NCBI GenBank assembly: GCA_022571215.1
Contig: JACZYG010000015.1
Coordinates: forward strand, 63-64,062
Direction: 5' to 3'
DNA: 64,000 nt
Source of the DNA: Fidelibacterota bacterium
GTDB taxonomy: Bacteria > Fidelibacterota > SORT01
Part shown: positions 38,500 through 48,793 of the stretch, in pieces
Position numbering within the stretch: the first letter of the stretch is position 1
Layout of the letters: each line of letters opens with the position of its first letter
Position numbers and translations under genes: made by a program
Notes under the pieces: generated by a model
Database searches by the model: none
Told to the model about the DNA's origin: nothing
The model's input: only the letters and a program-made list of their open reading frames with translations

Positions 38500-41400
38500 A
38501 TGAAGAGAGTTATTCGATTTTTTGCCGAACGCCATCTACTTGCCAATTTACTGATAGTTGTTATTCTAATAATTGGTTTAGGTTCTGCCCGAACCATCAA
38601 AAGAAATATGTTCCCATCCGTGGACTTTGGTCAGTTGATGATCACGACCCGCTATCCCGGCGCCTCACCGGAAGATGTTGAACTCAATGTAACGAATCCG
38701 CTTGAAAAGGAACTCAGCAGTGTCGACGGAATAGACCTGATGACATCGTATTCTATGGAGAATATATCAGTGATCAGCATAAACATTGATACTGATGTAG
38801 ATGATAGCGAAAAAGTTAAAAGAGATATCAGAGATGCCGTTAACAGGGTTACGAAATTCCCCCCGGAGGTAACCGAATCACCATATATATTCGAGATTAC
38901 AACTGATAATATAGAAATTATCTGGATCGGAGTTGCCGGTGAAGTGCCTTACCCGGAACTGAGAGAATACGCCAAAGGGTTCAGGAAAAAACTTGAAAAC
39001 GTCAATGGTGTATCTCGTGTTGATGAAAAAGGGCTTCATGACCGCGAGATAAAAGTTGAGGTCTCAACCGCGGCGATTGAGGCATATCAAATTCCACTCA
39101 AAGATTTTGTATCTGCTATCCAAGGACGAAACGTACGCGCTACGGGTGGGTCGTTTGAATCATACACAAGCGATAAGAATATCGTCACGTTGGCTCAATT
39201 CAGAACACCCGAAGAGGTAGGCGAGGTTATAGTCCGTTCAACATTTGAGGGCCCGCATATCACGGTCAACGATCTCGCGACAATTTATGACGGCTTCGAA
39301 CCTGAAAAAGTGCGATTCAGAATGAACGGTAAACAGGCTATCGGATTCACCGTTTTCAAAAAAGGGAATTCCGATATCATCCGTGTAACAGATTCAATAT
39401 TGCAATTGATGGAAGACGAAAGAGATAAAGTTCCTCAGGGAATCGAGCTGCTTCACGCGTCTGAAAAATCACGATTTGTAAAGAACAGACTTAGTATTCT
39501 CGCTAATAACGGAATTATAGGTCTGATATTGGTCAGCGTTGTACTTGTGTTATTCCTTAATTTCACCACCGCTTTCTGGGTAGCGATGGGAATACCACTT
39601 GCCATGTTGAGCGTACTCTTTTTAGCGCCATTTTTTGATGTAACTATTGAACTTATATCGCTGATGGGAATGGTCATAGTCATCGGACTGATAGTGGATG
39701 ATGCCATCGTCATCGCTGAAAACATACACCGGCACCGTGAAAAGGGTAAATCGGCTCTCGATTCGGCAGTTGACGGGGTCTACGGAGTCATTAAACCTGT
39801 CTTTGCTACTATCATCACAACAGCGCTTGCATTCGGAACAATGTTTTTTATGTCAGGTATAATGGGCAAATTTATCGTTTCCATCCCCATCGTTATCATA
39901 CTCGCTTTAGGAGTTTCATTCTTTGAATCACTCATTATTCTTCCATCCCACATTATGAAAGGGATGGAAAAAAGGGAGAAGAAACGGTTGGCGAAGACAG
40001 GCTCAGCTGATAATCCCAATCTTAAAAATGACTGGTTTCACAGGGTAAGAGATAAGTTTCAGCGGTTAATGGCGGCTATACTGTCTTACAGGTACGTCAT
40101 TTTCTTAGTGTTTATAGTTATGTTGATCGGGGCGGTCAGTTTTGCATATCTGCATATGCAATTTATCTTGTTTCCGGGCAATACCGCCGAAAACTTCTTC
40201 ATCACGGTTGAGCTCCCTACAGGTTCCTCTCTCGATGCGACTGAAGACAAGATAAAAGAGATAGAAGCTGTCTTACAAGCTCTGCCTGAAGATGAAATAC
40301 AGTCGCATATGGCAATTCTCGGAAGTCTCGGAGGCGGCGGATTCTTTACACCGGGTGAAAGCGAAAACTGGGCATTCATAATCGTAACGTTGACTCCTTA
40401 TAACGAGCGAAAAAGAAATGCCAACATGATAGTGGCGGATCTTAGGGAGCAGACAGACAAATTAGAAGGTTTCGATGCCGTAAGATATAGGGTAGACGCA
40501 GGAGGTCCTCCCGTCGGTCGCCCGATCGCCATTCGTGTAATTGGCGCAGACAATGATATGAGAACTTCGCTCGCCGATTCTGTGACCGCATATTTAGCGA
40601 GCATCAAAGGCGTTACGGATATTGACAGAGACGATAAACTCGGTAAAGAGCAAGTAGAGATAAAGATTAACTATCAAAGGCTTTCGGAATTAGGACTCAC
40701 AGTTGCCGATATAGCCCAGAACGTCCGGCTCGCATACGACGGACAGGTCGTTACGAGAGTTCGATACGGTGACGAAGATGTCGGTTTCCGCGTCATCCTC
40801 GAAGAATCTACCCGCAACAGACCTGATTACCTTAGCGAGCTGAAGATCCCCAACAGGCGCGGCAGATTGATTCAACTGAAAGAAGTGGCGCAATTTGAAA
40901 TTGGACCGGGTCCCTCCCGTTATTTTCATTACGAGGAGGAACGCACTGTCACTATCACCGCAGACATCGCTTTGGGTGATTTAACACCTCTTCAGGCAAC
41001 TCAAAAAGCCGTCGACCATTTTGATCTCACTACAGACTGGCCCGGTATGCGGTTCGTAATCGGCGGAGAAGCCGAAAAGACACAGGAATCAATCGTCAGT
41101 CTCGGCATTACCATGTTGACGGCTGTGATTGGAATTTACTTTGTTCTGATACTGCTCTTTAACTCCGTGACACAGCCGTTATTAGTTATCATAGCAATCC
41201 CGTTCGGACTCATCGGAGTCATCGCCGCATTCGCAATGCACGGAGAACCGTTAGGCTTCCTGGCAATAATGGGAGTCATCGGTCTTATGGGCGTTGTCGT
41301 GAACGATTCGCTTATACTTGTAAACTATATCAACGTCCATCGTGAATCCGAGCCGGATAAGAACGTCAAGCGGATAGTCGCCGAAGGCACCGCTACGCGC

Positions 41401-41628
41401 TTGCGTCCGATAATTCTTACATCAATAACGACCATCGCGGGTATTCTTCCGCTTGCTTACGGACTTGGCGGTTCTGATCCATTCCTGGCTCCGATGGCAT
41501 TGGCGCTCGGATACGGCATACTTTTCGCAACACCACTTACTCTTCTGCTCCTTCCCTGTCTCTATATGATATTGGACGATATAGGCAGAGGATTCCGGTT
41601 TATGAATAGGCTTGTTTTTAGAGGGTAG
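38500..41628 (+). CDS. RND efflux transporter permease (AcrB family)
   Basis: 1042 aa; YPGASPEDVE, GLIVDDAIVIAEN, RLRPIILTS. Confidence 0.95.
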   Translation: MKRVIRFFAERHLLANLLIVVILIIGLGSARTIKRNMFPSVDFGQLMITTRYPGASPEDVELNVTNPLEKELSSVDGIDLMTSYSMENISVISINIDTDVDDSEKVKRDIRDAVNRVTKFPPEVTESPYIFEITTDNIEIIWIGVAGEVPYPELREYAKGFRKKLENVNGVSRVDEKGLHDREIKVEVSTAAIEAYQIPLKDFVSAIQGRNVRATGGSFESYTSDKNIVTLAQFRTPEEVGEVIVRSTFEGPHITVNDLATIYDGFEPEKVRFRMNGKQAIGFTVFKKGNSDIIRVTDSILQLMEDERDKVPQGIELLHASEKSRFVKNRLSILANNGIIGLILVSVVLVLFLNFTTAFWVAMGIPLAMLSVLFLAPFFDVTIELISLMGMVIVIGLIVDDAIVIAENIHRHREKGKSALDSAVDGVYGVIKPVFATIITTALAFGTMFFMSGIMGKFIVSIPIVIILALGVSFFESLIILPSHIMKGMEKREKKRLAKTGSADNPNLKNDWFHRVRDKFQRLMAAILSYRYVIFLVFIVMLIGAVSFAYLHMQFILFPGNTAENFFITVELPTGSSLDATEDKIKEIEAVLQALPEDEIQSHMAILGSLGGGGFFTPGESENWAFIIVTLTPYNERKRNANMIVADLREQTDKLEGFDAVRYRVDAGGPPVGRPIAIRVIGADNDMRTSLADSVTAYLASIKGVTDIDRDDKLGKEQVEIKINYQRLSELGLTVADIAQNVRLAYDGQVVTRVRYGDEDVGFRVILEESTRNRPDYLSELKIPNRRGRLIQLKEVAQFEIGPGPSRYFHYEEERTVTITADIALGDLTPLQATQKAVDHFDLTTDWPGMRFVIGGEAEKTQESIVSLGITMLTAVIGIYFVLILLFNSVTQPLLVIIAIPFGLIGVIAAFAMHGEPLGFLAIMGVIGLMGVVVNDSLILVNYINVHRESEPDKNVKRIVAEGTATRLRPIILTSITTIAGILPLAYGLGGSDPFLAPMALALGYGILFATPLTLLLLPCLYMILDDIGRGFRFMNRLVFRG

Positions 41629-41635
41629 AGATTCT

Positions 41636-41972
41636 GTCATTGCGAGGAGTCGAAGACGACGCGGCAATCTCAATGCTATCGGTATCACAATTACGAGATT
41701 GCTTCTCCCGATAAATCGGGATCGCAAAGACGATAGTTCGTGCGAGTTAGGATTTCAAAACCACGCCATCTGCTGTGGTTCTGACTGCCACAGAATCCTG
41801 ACCAGCACGGTTTTCCTCCCCCTTTGAAGGGGGTGCTCCGAAGGAGCGGGCCTGCCCGACTAATGTCAGGCGGGGGATGTTATTGTTCGGTATCGACAAT
41901 TTTGGAGTGCTTTGACTGTGTCAATGCAGCATCAACTCAGTTGATGCACTCCATACAATCCTGACTCGCACG
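41636..41972. repeat. intergenic palindromic mosaic (B pair, C, A+E, D)
   Basis: GTCATTGCGAGGAG..GCAATCTC; E at 41851-41874; D at 41903-41953. Confidence 0.88.
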
Positions 41973-41981
41973 CACCCTCCA

Positions 41982-43244
41982 TCAAACCTCCGGGCCGCTC
42001 TCCCTCTTGATGTCGGCGCCGATACCGCGTAATTTATTCTCCATATCCTCATATCCTCTATCCAGATGATAGACGCGATGAAGTTCCGTTCGCCCTTCAG
42101 CCATCAGCCCGGCGATCACCATGCTGGCGCTCGCCCTGATATCCGTTGACATGATAGGCGCTCCCTTCAACTTTTCAACGCCGTTGACGACAGCGGAATT
42201 CCCTTTAAGCTTCACGTCAATACCGAGCCTCACCAGTTCAGCCACATGAGTAAAACGGTCTTCGTAAACAGTGTCCGTAACTACGCTTTTGCCTTTTGCC
42301 GTAGCCATCAACGCAATCCATTGCGCTTGCATATCTGTCGGATAACCGGGATAGATGTCGGTTCTGACGTCCGTGGCTTTGAGCCGACCGCCGGAAGTGA
42401 TTCTGATGCTCTTCTCATTCACTTCTAAATTAACACCCGCTTCCGTCATCTTGTCCGTCACCGCCGTCAGATGATTCGGGTCAAGACCGTCAACCAGGAC
42501 GTCGCCGCCGACAGCCGCAGCCGTGAGCAGATATGTGCCCGCTTCTATCCTGTCGGGAATCACTTCAAACTCGACCGGACGGAGTTCGCTGACACCGTTG
42601 ATACGCAGGACGTTCGTCTCTCTTCCCTTGATATCCGCTCCCATTTTATTCAGAAAATCGATCAGACAGACTATCTCCGGCTCACGGGCGGCGTTTTCTA
42701 TCACCGTCTCCCCGTCAGCCAATACAGACGCCATCAGAAGATTCCCTGTCGCTCCTACGCTTGAAATATCGAGATGAAGCAACGCTCCTTTCAGCCCGTC
42801 CGTTTCTATATTGATGTAGCCTTCTTCGAGCGTGACATTACCCCCTAATTTTTCTATACCTTTGAGATGGAGGTCAACGGGTCTCGGTCCCCAGGCGCAT
42901 CCGCCGGGAAGGCTTATCCTCGCTTTTCCGAAGCGCGCGGTAAGCGGTCCGAGCGCATAAAAGGATGCTCTCATGGTTTTAACCAGTTCGTACGGAGCTT
43001 CGGGATTGTCCGCCTTCGTTGCGTCTATCTCCATCACGCCGTTCTCGAAAACCACATCAGCGCCGATTATCCTGAGCAATTTCGCCATCGTCCGCGTATC
43101 ACGAAGGTTCGGAACGTTACGAATCACGTTCTTCCCCTTAACGAGAATAGAAGCTGCCATCAGAGGCAGACACGCATTTTTCGCCCCGCTGACATTGATA
43201 GAGCCGTTCAGCTCCTTCCCGCCGTGAATTACGAATTTATCCAT
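41982..43244 (-). CDS. murA: UDP-N-acetylglucosamine 1-carboxyvinyltransferase
   Basis: SGAKNA, MRASF, LPGGCAWGPRP, PTDMQ, DRGY. Confidence 0.97.
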   Translation of the reverse strand: MDKFVIHGGKELNGSINVSGAKNACLPLMAASILVKGKNVIRNVPNLRDTRTMAKLLRIIGADVVFENGVMEIDATKADNPEAPYELVKTMRASFYALGPLTARFGKARISLPGGCAWGPRPVDLHLKGIEKLGGNVTLEEGYINIETDGLKGALLHLDISSVGATGNLLMASVLADGETVIENAAREPEIVCLIDFLNKMGADIKGRETNVLRINGVSELRPVEFEVIPDRIEAGTYLLTAAAVGGDVLVDGLDPNHLTAVTDKMTEAGVNLEVNEKSIRITSGGRLKATDVRTDIYPGYPTDMQAQWIALMATAKGKSVVTDTVYEDRFTHVAELVRLGIDVKLKGNSAVVNGVEKLKGAPIMSTDIRASASMVIAGLMAEGRTELHRVYHLDRGYEDMENKLRGIGADIKRESGPEV

Positions 43245-43256
43245 TGGCTCCGGCTC

Positions 43257-44936
43257 TCAACTTATCATCTCTTCCGCCTGTTTCCGGGCGGCAGCTGTAA
43301 TCTCGCTTCCCGCCAACAGCGTGGCGACCGCTTCCTTTCGCTGCCCCTCGTCCAACTCCCGGACGGTCGCGAATGTTCTTCCCTTTTTAACGTGTTTTTC
43401 CACTAAATAATGGTTATCAGCCTTGCCCGCTATCTGAGGAAGATGGGTAATGCAAATCAATTGGTGGTACTTCGACAGCTCCTTCAGCCTGTTGCCGACA
43501 GCCTCCGCCACCCTTCCCGATATCCCTATATCTATTTCATCGAAAATGAGAACGGGTATTTTATCCTTGTCGGCGAGTATCGCTTTTATGGCGAGCATTA
43601 TTCGCGATATTTCCCCGCCTGAGGCTACTTTGGATAAAGGCTTCAAGTCCTCGCCCGGATTGGTAGAGATCAGAAATTCCATGTTGTCCATACCCTGCTC
43701 GTTGACCAGAAAACTCTTTCCGGCAGCCTCGACCCATCCTTTCTCGTCTTCGCTATAACTGTTTTTCACTCTGAAACGGGAATTCTCAATGCCGAGTCCC
43801 TTCATAGACTCCACAATAGCGGAAGAGAGCTGCTTCGACGCTTTGGCTCTTCTCGTGGAAAGATTTAGACACAGACCGGAAAGTTCACTCTTTAACTGTC
43901 TGAACGTCTCTTCCGCTTCTTTGGATTCTTCCCCCACGCTTTCTATGGATTCGTACTCGCTGCGCGTCTTTTCATATTCCAACAGCATAGAGGCTTCGTT
44001 GCCGCCGTATTTCCGCGCGAGCGATATAAGAGCGCTCAGCCTTTCCCGCGCCTGCTCAAGCCGGGCGGGGTCAAGGTCTACTCTGTCCGCATAATTCGTG
44101 AAAAAACCCGCTATCTCTTTCAATGTGATTGACGCATTCGCGGCTTCTTTGGACTGCTCATTCAAACTATCGTCAATCCGCGAAAGCTCCTGAATTTCAC
44201 CCCTTACGGATTCTATCTGCTCGTACAGCGAACGGTCCTTTTCATAAAGAATCTCGGCTAACTCCCTGCTCTTGCTCACGAGAGTCTCGCCGTGCTCGAG
44301 CAGTCTTACCTCCTCCTCCAAGGCGTCCGTTTCACCCTCTTGAGGAGCTGCTTCGTTGAACTCCTTCATCTTGAATTCCAACAGCTCCCGTTTTTCCTCT
44401 ATCAGACGTTTCCGCTCCAGGAGCAGGTCAAGAGCGGCTTTCGCCGATTTCGTCTCAAGATATTTGAACTTCATTTTGCCTGCGAGTTCATTGAGTTCCC
44501 CGCTCGCATCTACAAACTCAACATGGCGTTTTGAGTCCAACAGCGATTGATGCTCATGCTGTCCGTGAAGGTCTATCAGATGCTTTGAAATTGCCTGAAC
44601 AGTTCCCGCGGTGATGCTCTTTCCGTTCAGACTCGATTTGGACCCGCCTGCCGCATTTACGATTCGCGAGAGATAGAGTTTCTTACCGTTCAGCTCCATA
44701 TCCAGGTCAGCTGCCAGTCCGGAAGAGAGGCTGAACTCGGCTGTGACGCTTGACTCTCCGGCGCCTTTACGCACAACATCCGTGCTTGCCCGTTTTCCGA
44801 GCAGAACGTTGATGGCGTTGATGAGCATGGATTTTCCGGAGCCTGTCTCACCCGTGATGACGTTCAAACCCGAGCCGAATTCTATATCAGCGGACTCGAA
44901 GAGCTGGAAATCTTTTATCTTCAGCCGTTTGAGCAT
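43257..44936 (-). CDS. recN: DNA repair protein RecN
   Basis: TGETGSGKS, HGQHEHQ, SGGEISR, FDEID, ITHLPQ. Confidence 0.97.
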   Translation of the reverse strand: MLKRLKIKDFQLFESADIEFGSGLNVITGETGSGKSMLINAINVLLGKRASTDVVRKGAGESSVTAEFSLSSGLAADLDMELNGKKLYLSRIVNAAGGSKSSLNGKSITAGTVQAISKHLIDLHGQHEHQSLLDSKRHVEFVDASGELNELAGKMKFKYLETKSAKAALDLLLERKRLIEEKRELLEFKMKEFNEAAPQEGETDALEEEVRLLEHGETLVSKSRELAEILYEKDRSLYEQIESVRGEIQELSRIDDSLNEQSKEAANASITLKEIAGFFTNYADRVDLDPARLEQARERLSALISLARKYGGNEASMLLEYEKTRSEYESIESVGEESKEAEETFRQLKSELSGLCLNLSTRRAKASKQLSSAIVESMKGLGIENSRFRVKNSYSEDEKGWVEAAGKSFLVNEQGMDNMEFLISTNPGEDLKPLSKVASGGEISRIMLAIKAILADKDKIPVLIFDEIDIGISGRVAEAVGNRLKELSKYHQLICITHLPQIAGKADNHYLVEKHVKKGRTFATVRELDEGQRKEAVATLLAGSEITAAARKQAEEMIS

Positions 44937-45323
44937 CTAACTCTTATCTCTGAGGTATTTTTCATAATAAATCGCTAAAATAAATATCCCGATCGTTACC
45001 CCGGAGAGGTCAGCGAGAACATCGAACCAGCTCGAATACCGTCCCGGAATCAGGCTTTGATAAAGCTCGTCCACTATGGGAAATACGATCCCGATTCTCA
45101 ATGTATAGGGAATCCACTTCATTCGCAACCGTCTCTTATCGGAAGTTATGTAAGACATTCCGACGAGCAGTATGAATATAAAATATTCTATCGTATGGTA
45201 GACCTTATCCCATGAGAAAAACATCCTTTGAGGCATATAATCCGCCGGAATACTTGACAATGCCAAGATTAATACTGCAAACGCCGCGCTTAATTTTTGG
45301 TAGTTATATTTTTCTATGTTCAT
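44937..45323 (-). CDS. VanZ family membrane protein
   Basis: DKVYH, DELYQSLIPGR, DVLAD. Confidence 0.88.
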   Translation of the reverse strand: MNIEKYNYQKLSAAFAVLILALSSIPADYMPQRMFFSWDKVYHTIEYFIFILLVGMSYITSDKRRLRMKWIPYTLRIGIVFPIVDELYQSLIPGRYSSWFDVLADLSGVTIGIFILAIYYEKYLRDKS

Positions 45324-46858
45324 TTCAGACTCTCATACATTTCAGGAAAGTGACTTATCAAATCAGAGGCTTTCATCGCCCTCTCTCCCATTTTATTTGA
45401 CGCAATATCTCCCGCGAGACCGTGAAGGTAACTCCCCGCGTACGCGGCATCCTTGGGAGAGATGCCTTGTGACATAAGCGAGCCTATCATTCCCGTCAAG
45501 ACATCGCCGGAACCCGCGGTAGCCAATCCCGGATTGCCCGTGCTGTTTATGTAAACATTACCGTCCGGGTCGGCGGTGACGGTCGGCGCGCCTTTCAAGA
45601 CGATATTTATTCCGTATTTAATCGCCGTCTCTCTTGCGATTGAGACGGGATCCTTTTTTATCATCTCAATGTCGCAATCAAACAGATTTGCGAATTCAGC
45701 CCAATGCGGGGTCAATACCGCCGCAGTTCCGAGATGAGCGAGAAGAGAGGTCCGGTCATGAAAAGCTGCAAGCGCATCCGCGTCTATCACCATCGGTATA
45801 CGCGTCGCTTCCGCTATCCTGATTATAAATTCGGCTGTTTTCGGATTGCCACCCATGCCCGGTCCTATCAGCATCACATCAGCCCATTCATAAAAATCGA
45901 GAAGTTGAGCGCTTGACTCAGCGGTGAAATAACCCTTAGAATCGTCCTTCAAGGGAAGCGTCATCTCCTCGGTAAGTTTAATTTCAAAGATCGGATTGAG
46001 GCTTGCGGGCACGGCTGTTATCACCAACCCGCTACCCATGGAAAGAGCGGCTCGGCTTGAAAGCACAATCGCCCCCGTCATTCCCCGCGAACCGCCTACC
46101 GCCAGCACCTTGCCTCTTTTATGCTTATAACTGTCCTTCGGTAGATCGGGAATCAACTTTCTGATGTCGGCAACTTCGGGAATAAAACTGTTTATCGCGT
46201 CATCTTCCATCGCCGAAGCGGGAAATCCGATATGGGCTACCCTGACCTCGCCGCAAAGTTCTCTGCCGGGAGAGAAGCGCTGTCCCATTTTCGGCAATCC
46301 CATCGTAATGGTGGCATCCGCTTTTACATAATCCTCGCCCACCGACCCGTTGTCTGAGCTGACTCCCGTAGGCATGTCTACGGCTAACACCTTTGCGGAT
46401 AAATTCGCGAATTGCTTGACCACGGATTTGGCAGGCTCCCTCAACGCGCCTGAACTCCCCGTGCCAAGTATGGCGTCAACGACTATATCAAAAGAATCCA
46501 GCGCCATCTCTTCCGGTTTTGTGACGAATTCCACCGTCTCGGGCTGGGTTTTCAGCAGTATCTCGAGATTGGCGAGAGCGTCTCCTTTCATTGCTTCCTT
46601 CTTGCTGATAAGAAAAACCTTGTTTGATATTCCGGTCGCCGTAAGATGTCTTGCCGCTACAAGAGCATCGCCCCCGTTGTTCCCTTTTCCGCAAACAAGG
46701 GCGACGTTCGGGTTATCCAATCCGTTCGTCAGATCCCTCACAGCCTCGGCGATCTTAAGACCCGCCGCTTCCATCAAGGCGGTTATGGTGATTTTCTGCG
46801 ACTCGATAGAACGCCGTTCTACGATCATCATCTGCTCAGAATTGACTACCGGTATCAA
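45320..46858 (-). CDS. nnr: bifunctional NAD(P)HX epimerase/dehydratase
   Basis: GKGNNGGD, DAILGTG, IDADAL, LTPH, ATAGSGDVL. Confidence 0.93.
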   Translation of the reverse strand: MIPVVNSEQMMIVERRSIESQKITITALMEAAGLKIAEAVRDLTNGLDNPNVALVCGKGNNGGDALVAARHLTATGISNKVFLISKKEAMKGDALANLEILLKTQPETVEFVTKPEEMALDSFDIVVDAILGTGSSGALREPAKSVVKQFANLSAKVLAVDMPTGVSSDNGSVGEDYVKADATITMGLPKMGQRFSPGRELCGEVRVAHIGFPASAMEDDAINSFIPEVADIRKLIPDLPKDSYKHKRGKVLAVGGSRGMTGAIVLSSRAALSMGSGLVITAVPASLNPIFEIKLTEEMTLPLKDDSKGYFTAESSAQLLDFYEWADVMLIGPGMGGNPKTAEFIIRIAEATRIPMVIDADALAAFHDRTSLLAHLGTAAVLTPHWAEFANLFDCDIEMIKKDPVSIARETAIKYGINIVLKGAPTVTADPDGNVYINSTGNPGLATAGSGDVLTGMIGSLMSQGISPKDAAYAGSYLHGLAGDIASNKMGERAMKASDLISHFPEMYESLK

Positions 46859-46865
46859 CAGCTTC

Positions 46866-47231
46866 TCAATCCGTCAGCAGCGCTATCGCTATTGCTGATC
46901 TGTTGGAATGAGAAAGGCTCACCGAAAGCTTGGAGCCGCTGAAAAGATTTTCAGCCTCACCGTGAAGAACGACCGTAGGAGCGCCGTTGCCGTCCGATAT
47001 TATCTCAACGTCCGTCCACTTCAAGAAAACCGGTTTGTGCGATTTCAAGGCTTTGGCGACGGCTTCCTTTGCGGCGAAACGCGCCGCGTAATGCTGAACG
47101 GGATTGGAGCGAGCCTCACAAAACTCTACTTCCGAAGCTAGGAATACCAAGTTTCTGAACCTGTTCTCCCATCGCGACAGCGCCGCTCCGATTCGGTCTA
47201 TCTCGATAATATCAATGCCGACTTCCGTCAA
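46866..47231 (-). CDS. acpS: holo-ACP synthase
   Basis: GIDIIEIDRI, ARFAAKEA, VSLSHS. Confidence 0.95.
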   Translation of the reverse strand: MTEVGIDIIEIDRIGAALSRWENRFRNLVFLASEVEFCEARSNPVQHYAARFAAKEAVAKALKSHKPVFLKWTDVEIISDGNGAPTVVLHGEAENLFSGSKLSVSLSHSNRSAIAIALLTD

Positions 47232-47914
47232 CTCTCGTTTTCCCTGTCGATAATATCGAGTATCTCGTTAAAATCGTCTATCACATAATCAGCGCCGGAA
47301 TCTACTGTGTCGAACGAATCGCCATAGCGGGCAAAGACCGATTTCATTCCCACAGCTGCCGCTCCGACCATATCGCGCTCGGGCCAGTCACCAATCATCA
47401 AGGCCTCATCAGCGCTGACCTGAAGACGTCTTAGTATCTCTTTGAACGGTTCGGGGGCAGGTTTTAATTTTCCCGTGTCAGTTGAAGTGACCACCTCATC
47501 GAATACATTGTGAAGATTAAGATAACACAGACGAAGCCATGCCTCGCGGCTTGGAGCATCCGTTACTATGCCGAGTTTCAGACCTCTTTTCGCGAGTTTA
47601 AAGAGAGTGGATGTCACCTGCGGATAAGGGACGAGCGATACTTCCTTCGCTCTTCGGTACCCGACTATCCCTGATGCGAGGAATTTATAATCAAGAATAC
47701 CGTTATTAGTCTCGAGTATAAAATCGTTGAACACCTCTTGATACTCCCAGCCTTTTTCCTCGTATATTTCCATAATTCGCTTCTGGGCTTCTTCTTTGTC
47801 GAATATCATTCCTGCCTCCGCCATCGAAGACAAACCCGAGTCAATCGCGTTCCTCTTCAGCCGGACGAAGTCTATAATTGTATTATCGAGGTCTAATATT
47901 AAGGCGCGTATCAT
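47228..47914 (-). CDS. HAD superfamily hydrolase
   Basis: DLDNT, KPAP, IGDWPERD. Confidence 0.9.
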   Translation of the reverse strand: MIRALILDLDNTIIDFVRLKRNAIDSGLSSMAEAGMIFDKEEAQKRIMEIYEEKGWEYQEVFNDFILETNNGILDYKFLASGIVGYRRAKEVSLVPYPQVTSTLFKLAKRGLKLGIVTDAPSREAWLRLCYLNLHNVFDEVVTSTDTGKLKPAPEPFKEILRRLQVSADEALMIGDWPERDMVGAAAVGMKSVFARYGDSFDTVDSGADYVIDDFNEILDIIDRENES

Positions 47915-48033
47915 CTATTCTACTGAGTTTATAATAATATACAACTTTGAAAATTAACTTCAACTTGTGGATTATTCAAGTGCAAAGTGCGTGAACGCAT
48001 AGTTTCTTTTACGCTATTGAGGAGGAGTTCTGT

Positions 48034-48681
48034 TCCCCTCTCCTTTTTAAGGAGGCGAAGTATCGAAGAGGCGGGCAGAGTCCCGCCCTAAACCGGTGTA
48101 GTTGATCATCGAATAAAACCGTTAAAACGGTTTCAGAAAGGGCCTTGCAACTTCATGTCCCCCGATTAAAATCGGGGGTTAATCCCGCCCCGGCGAGATA
48201 AGCATAATAGATTCAACAACTTATTAACCCCTGGATTAATCCAGGGGATTTGATATAAATCATAGTAAATTAACCGTTTTAACGGTTTCTCTTAACAGTT
48301 CGTATCAGTAACCCCTGGATTTATACAGTGGTTATCGAGAGAGGTAAAATATTTTAACCATTTTAATGGTTTTCATATTGAAATCAGGGAGGAGGAGACA
48401 CGACACACCCTCCCGATGGATCGGGATAAACTTCCTCCGAAGGAGTTCCTTCGGAACACCCCTCTTAATATAGAGGGGAACTTTAATCCCATCTTCGATG
48501 GGATATGTGCAGTCACAGGACTCCGAAGGAGTTTTTTGTGGCAGTCAGGACTTGTCCTGACGCCTTTAGAACGATACTATGCGGTCAGGATAAATCCTGA
48601 CTCGCACCCGCTCTCTTTGCGCATCCGCCTGCCGGCGGATGAAGCCTGTCCAACTGATGTCAGGCGTGGATTTCAGGCGGG
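48034..48681. repeat. intergenic palindromic mosaic (A, F x3, A+G, C, B+E)
   Basis: AAACCGTTAAAACGGTTT with CCCCCGATTAAAATCGGGGG units; GTCAGGACTTGTCCTGAC pair. Confidence 0.88.
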
Positions 48682-48718
48682 TCGTGGTTTTTTCTACTCG
48701 TCCGTTTCCCTCGCTATC

Positions 48719-48747
48719 TTGACTCTTACTTGCTTTCAAGGTATCTT
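48719..48747 (+). promoter_or_regulatory. putative sigma70 promoter
   Basis: TTGACT-N17-TATCTT. Confidence 0.6.
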
Positions 48748-48761
48748 TGTTCGGTTTAAAC

Positions 48762-48786
48762 GCAACATTTAGGACGCCTGACCGTA
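48762..48786 (+). promoter_or_regulatory. putative autoregulatory ECF promoter
   Basis: GCAAC-N16-CGTA, SigW-like. Confidence 0.6.
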
Positions 48787-48793
48787 TATTTAT

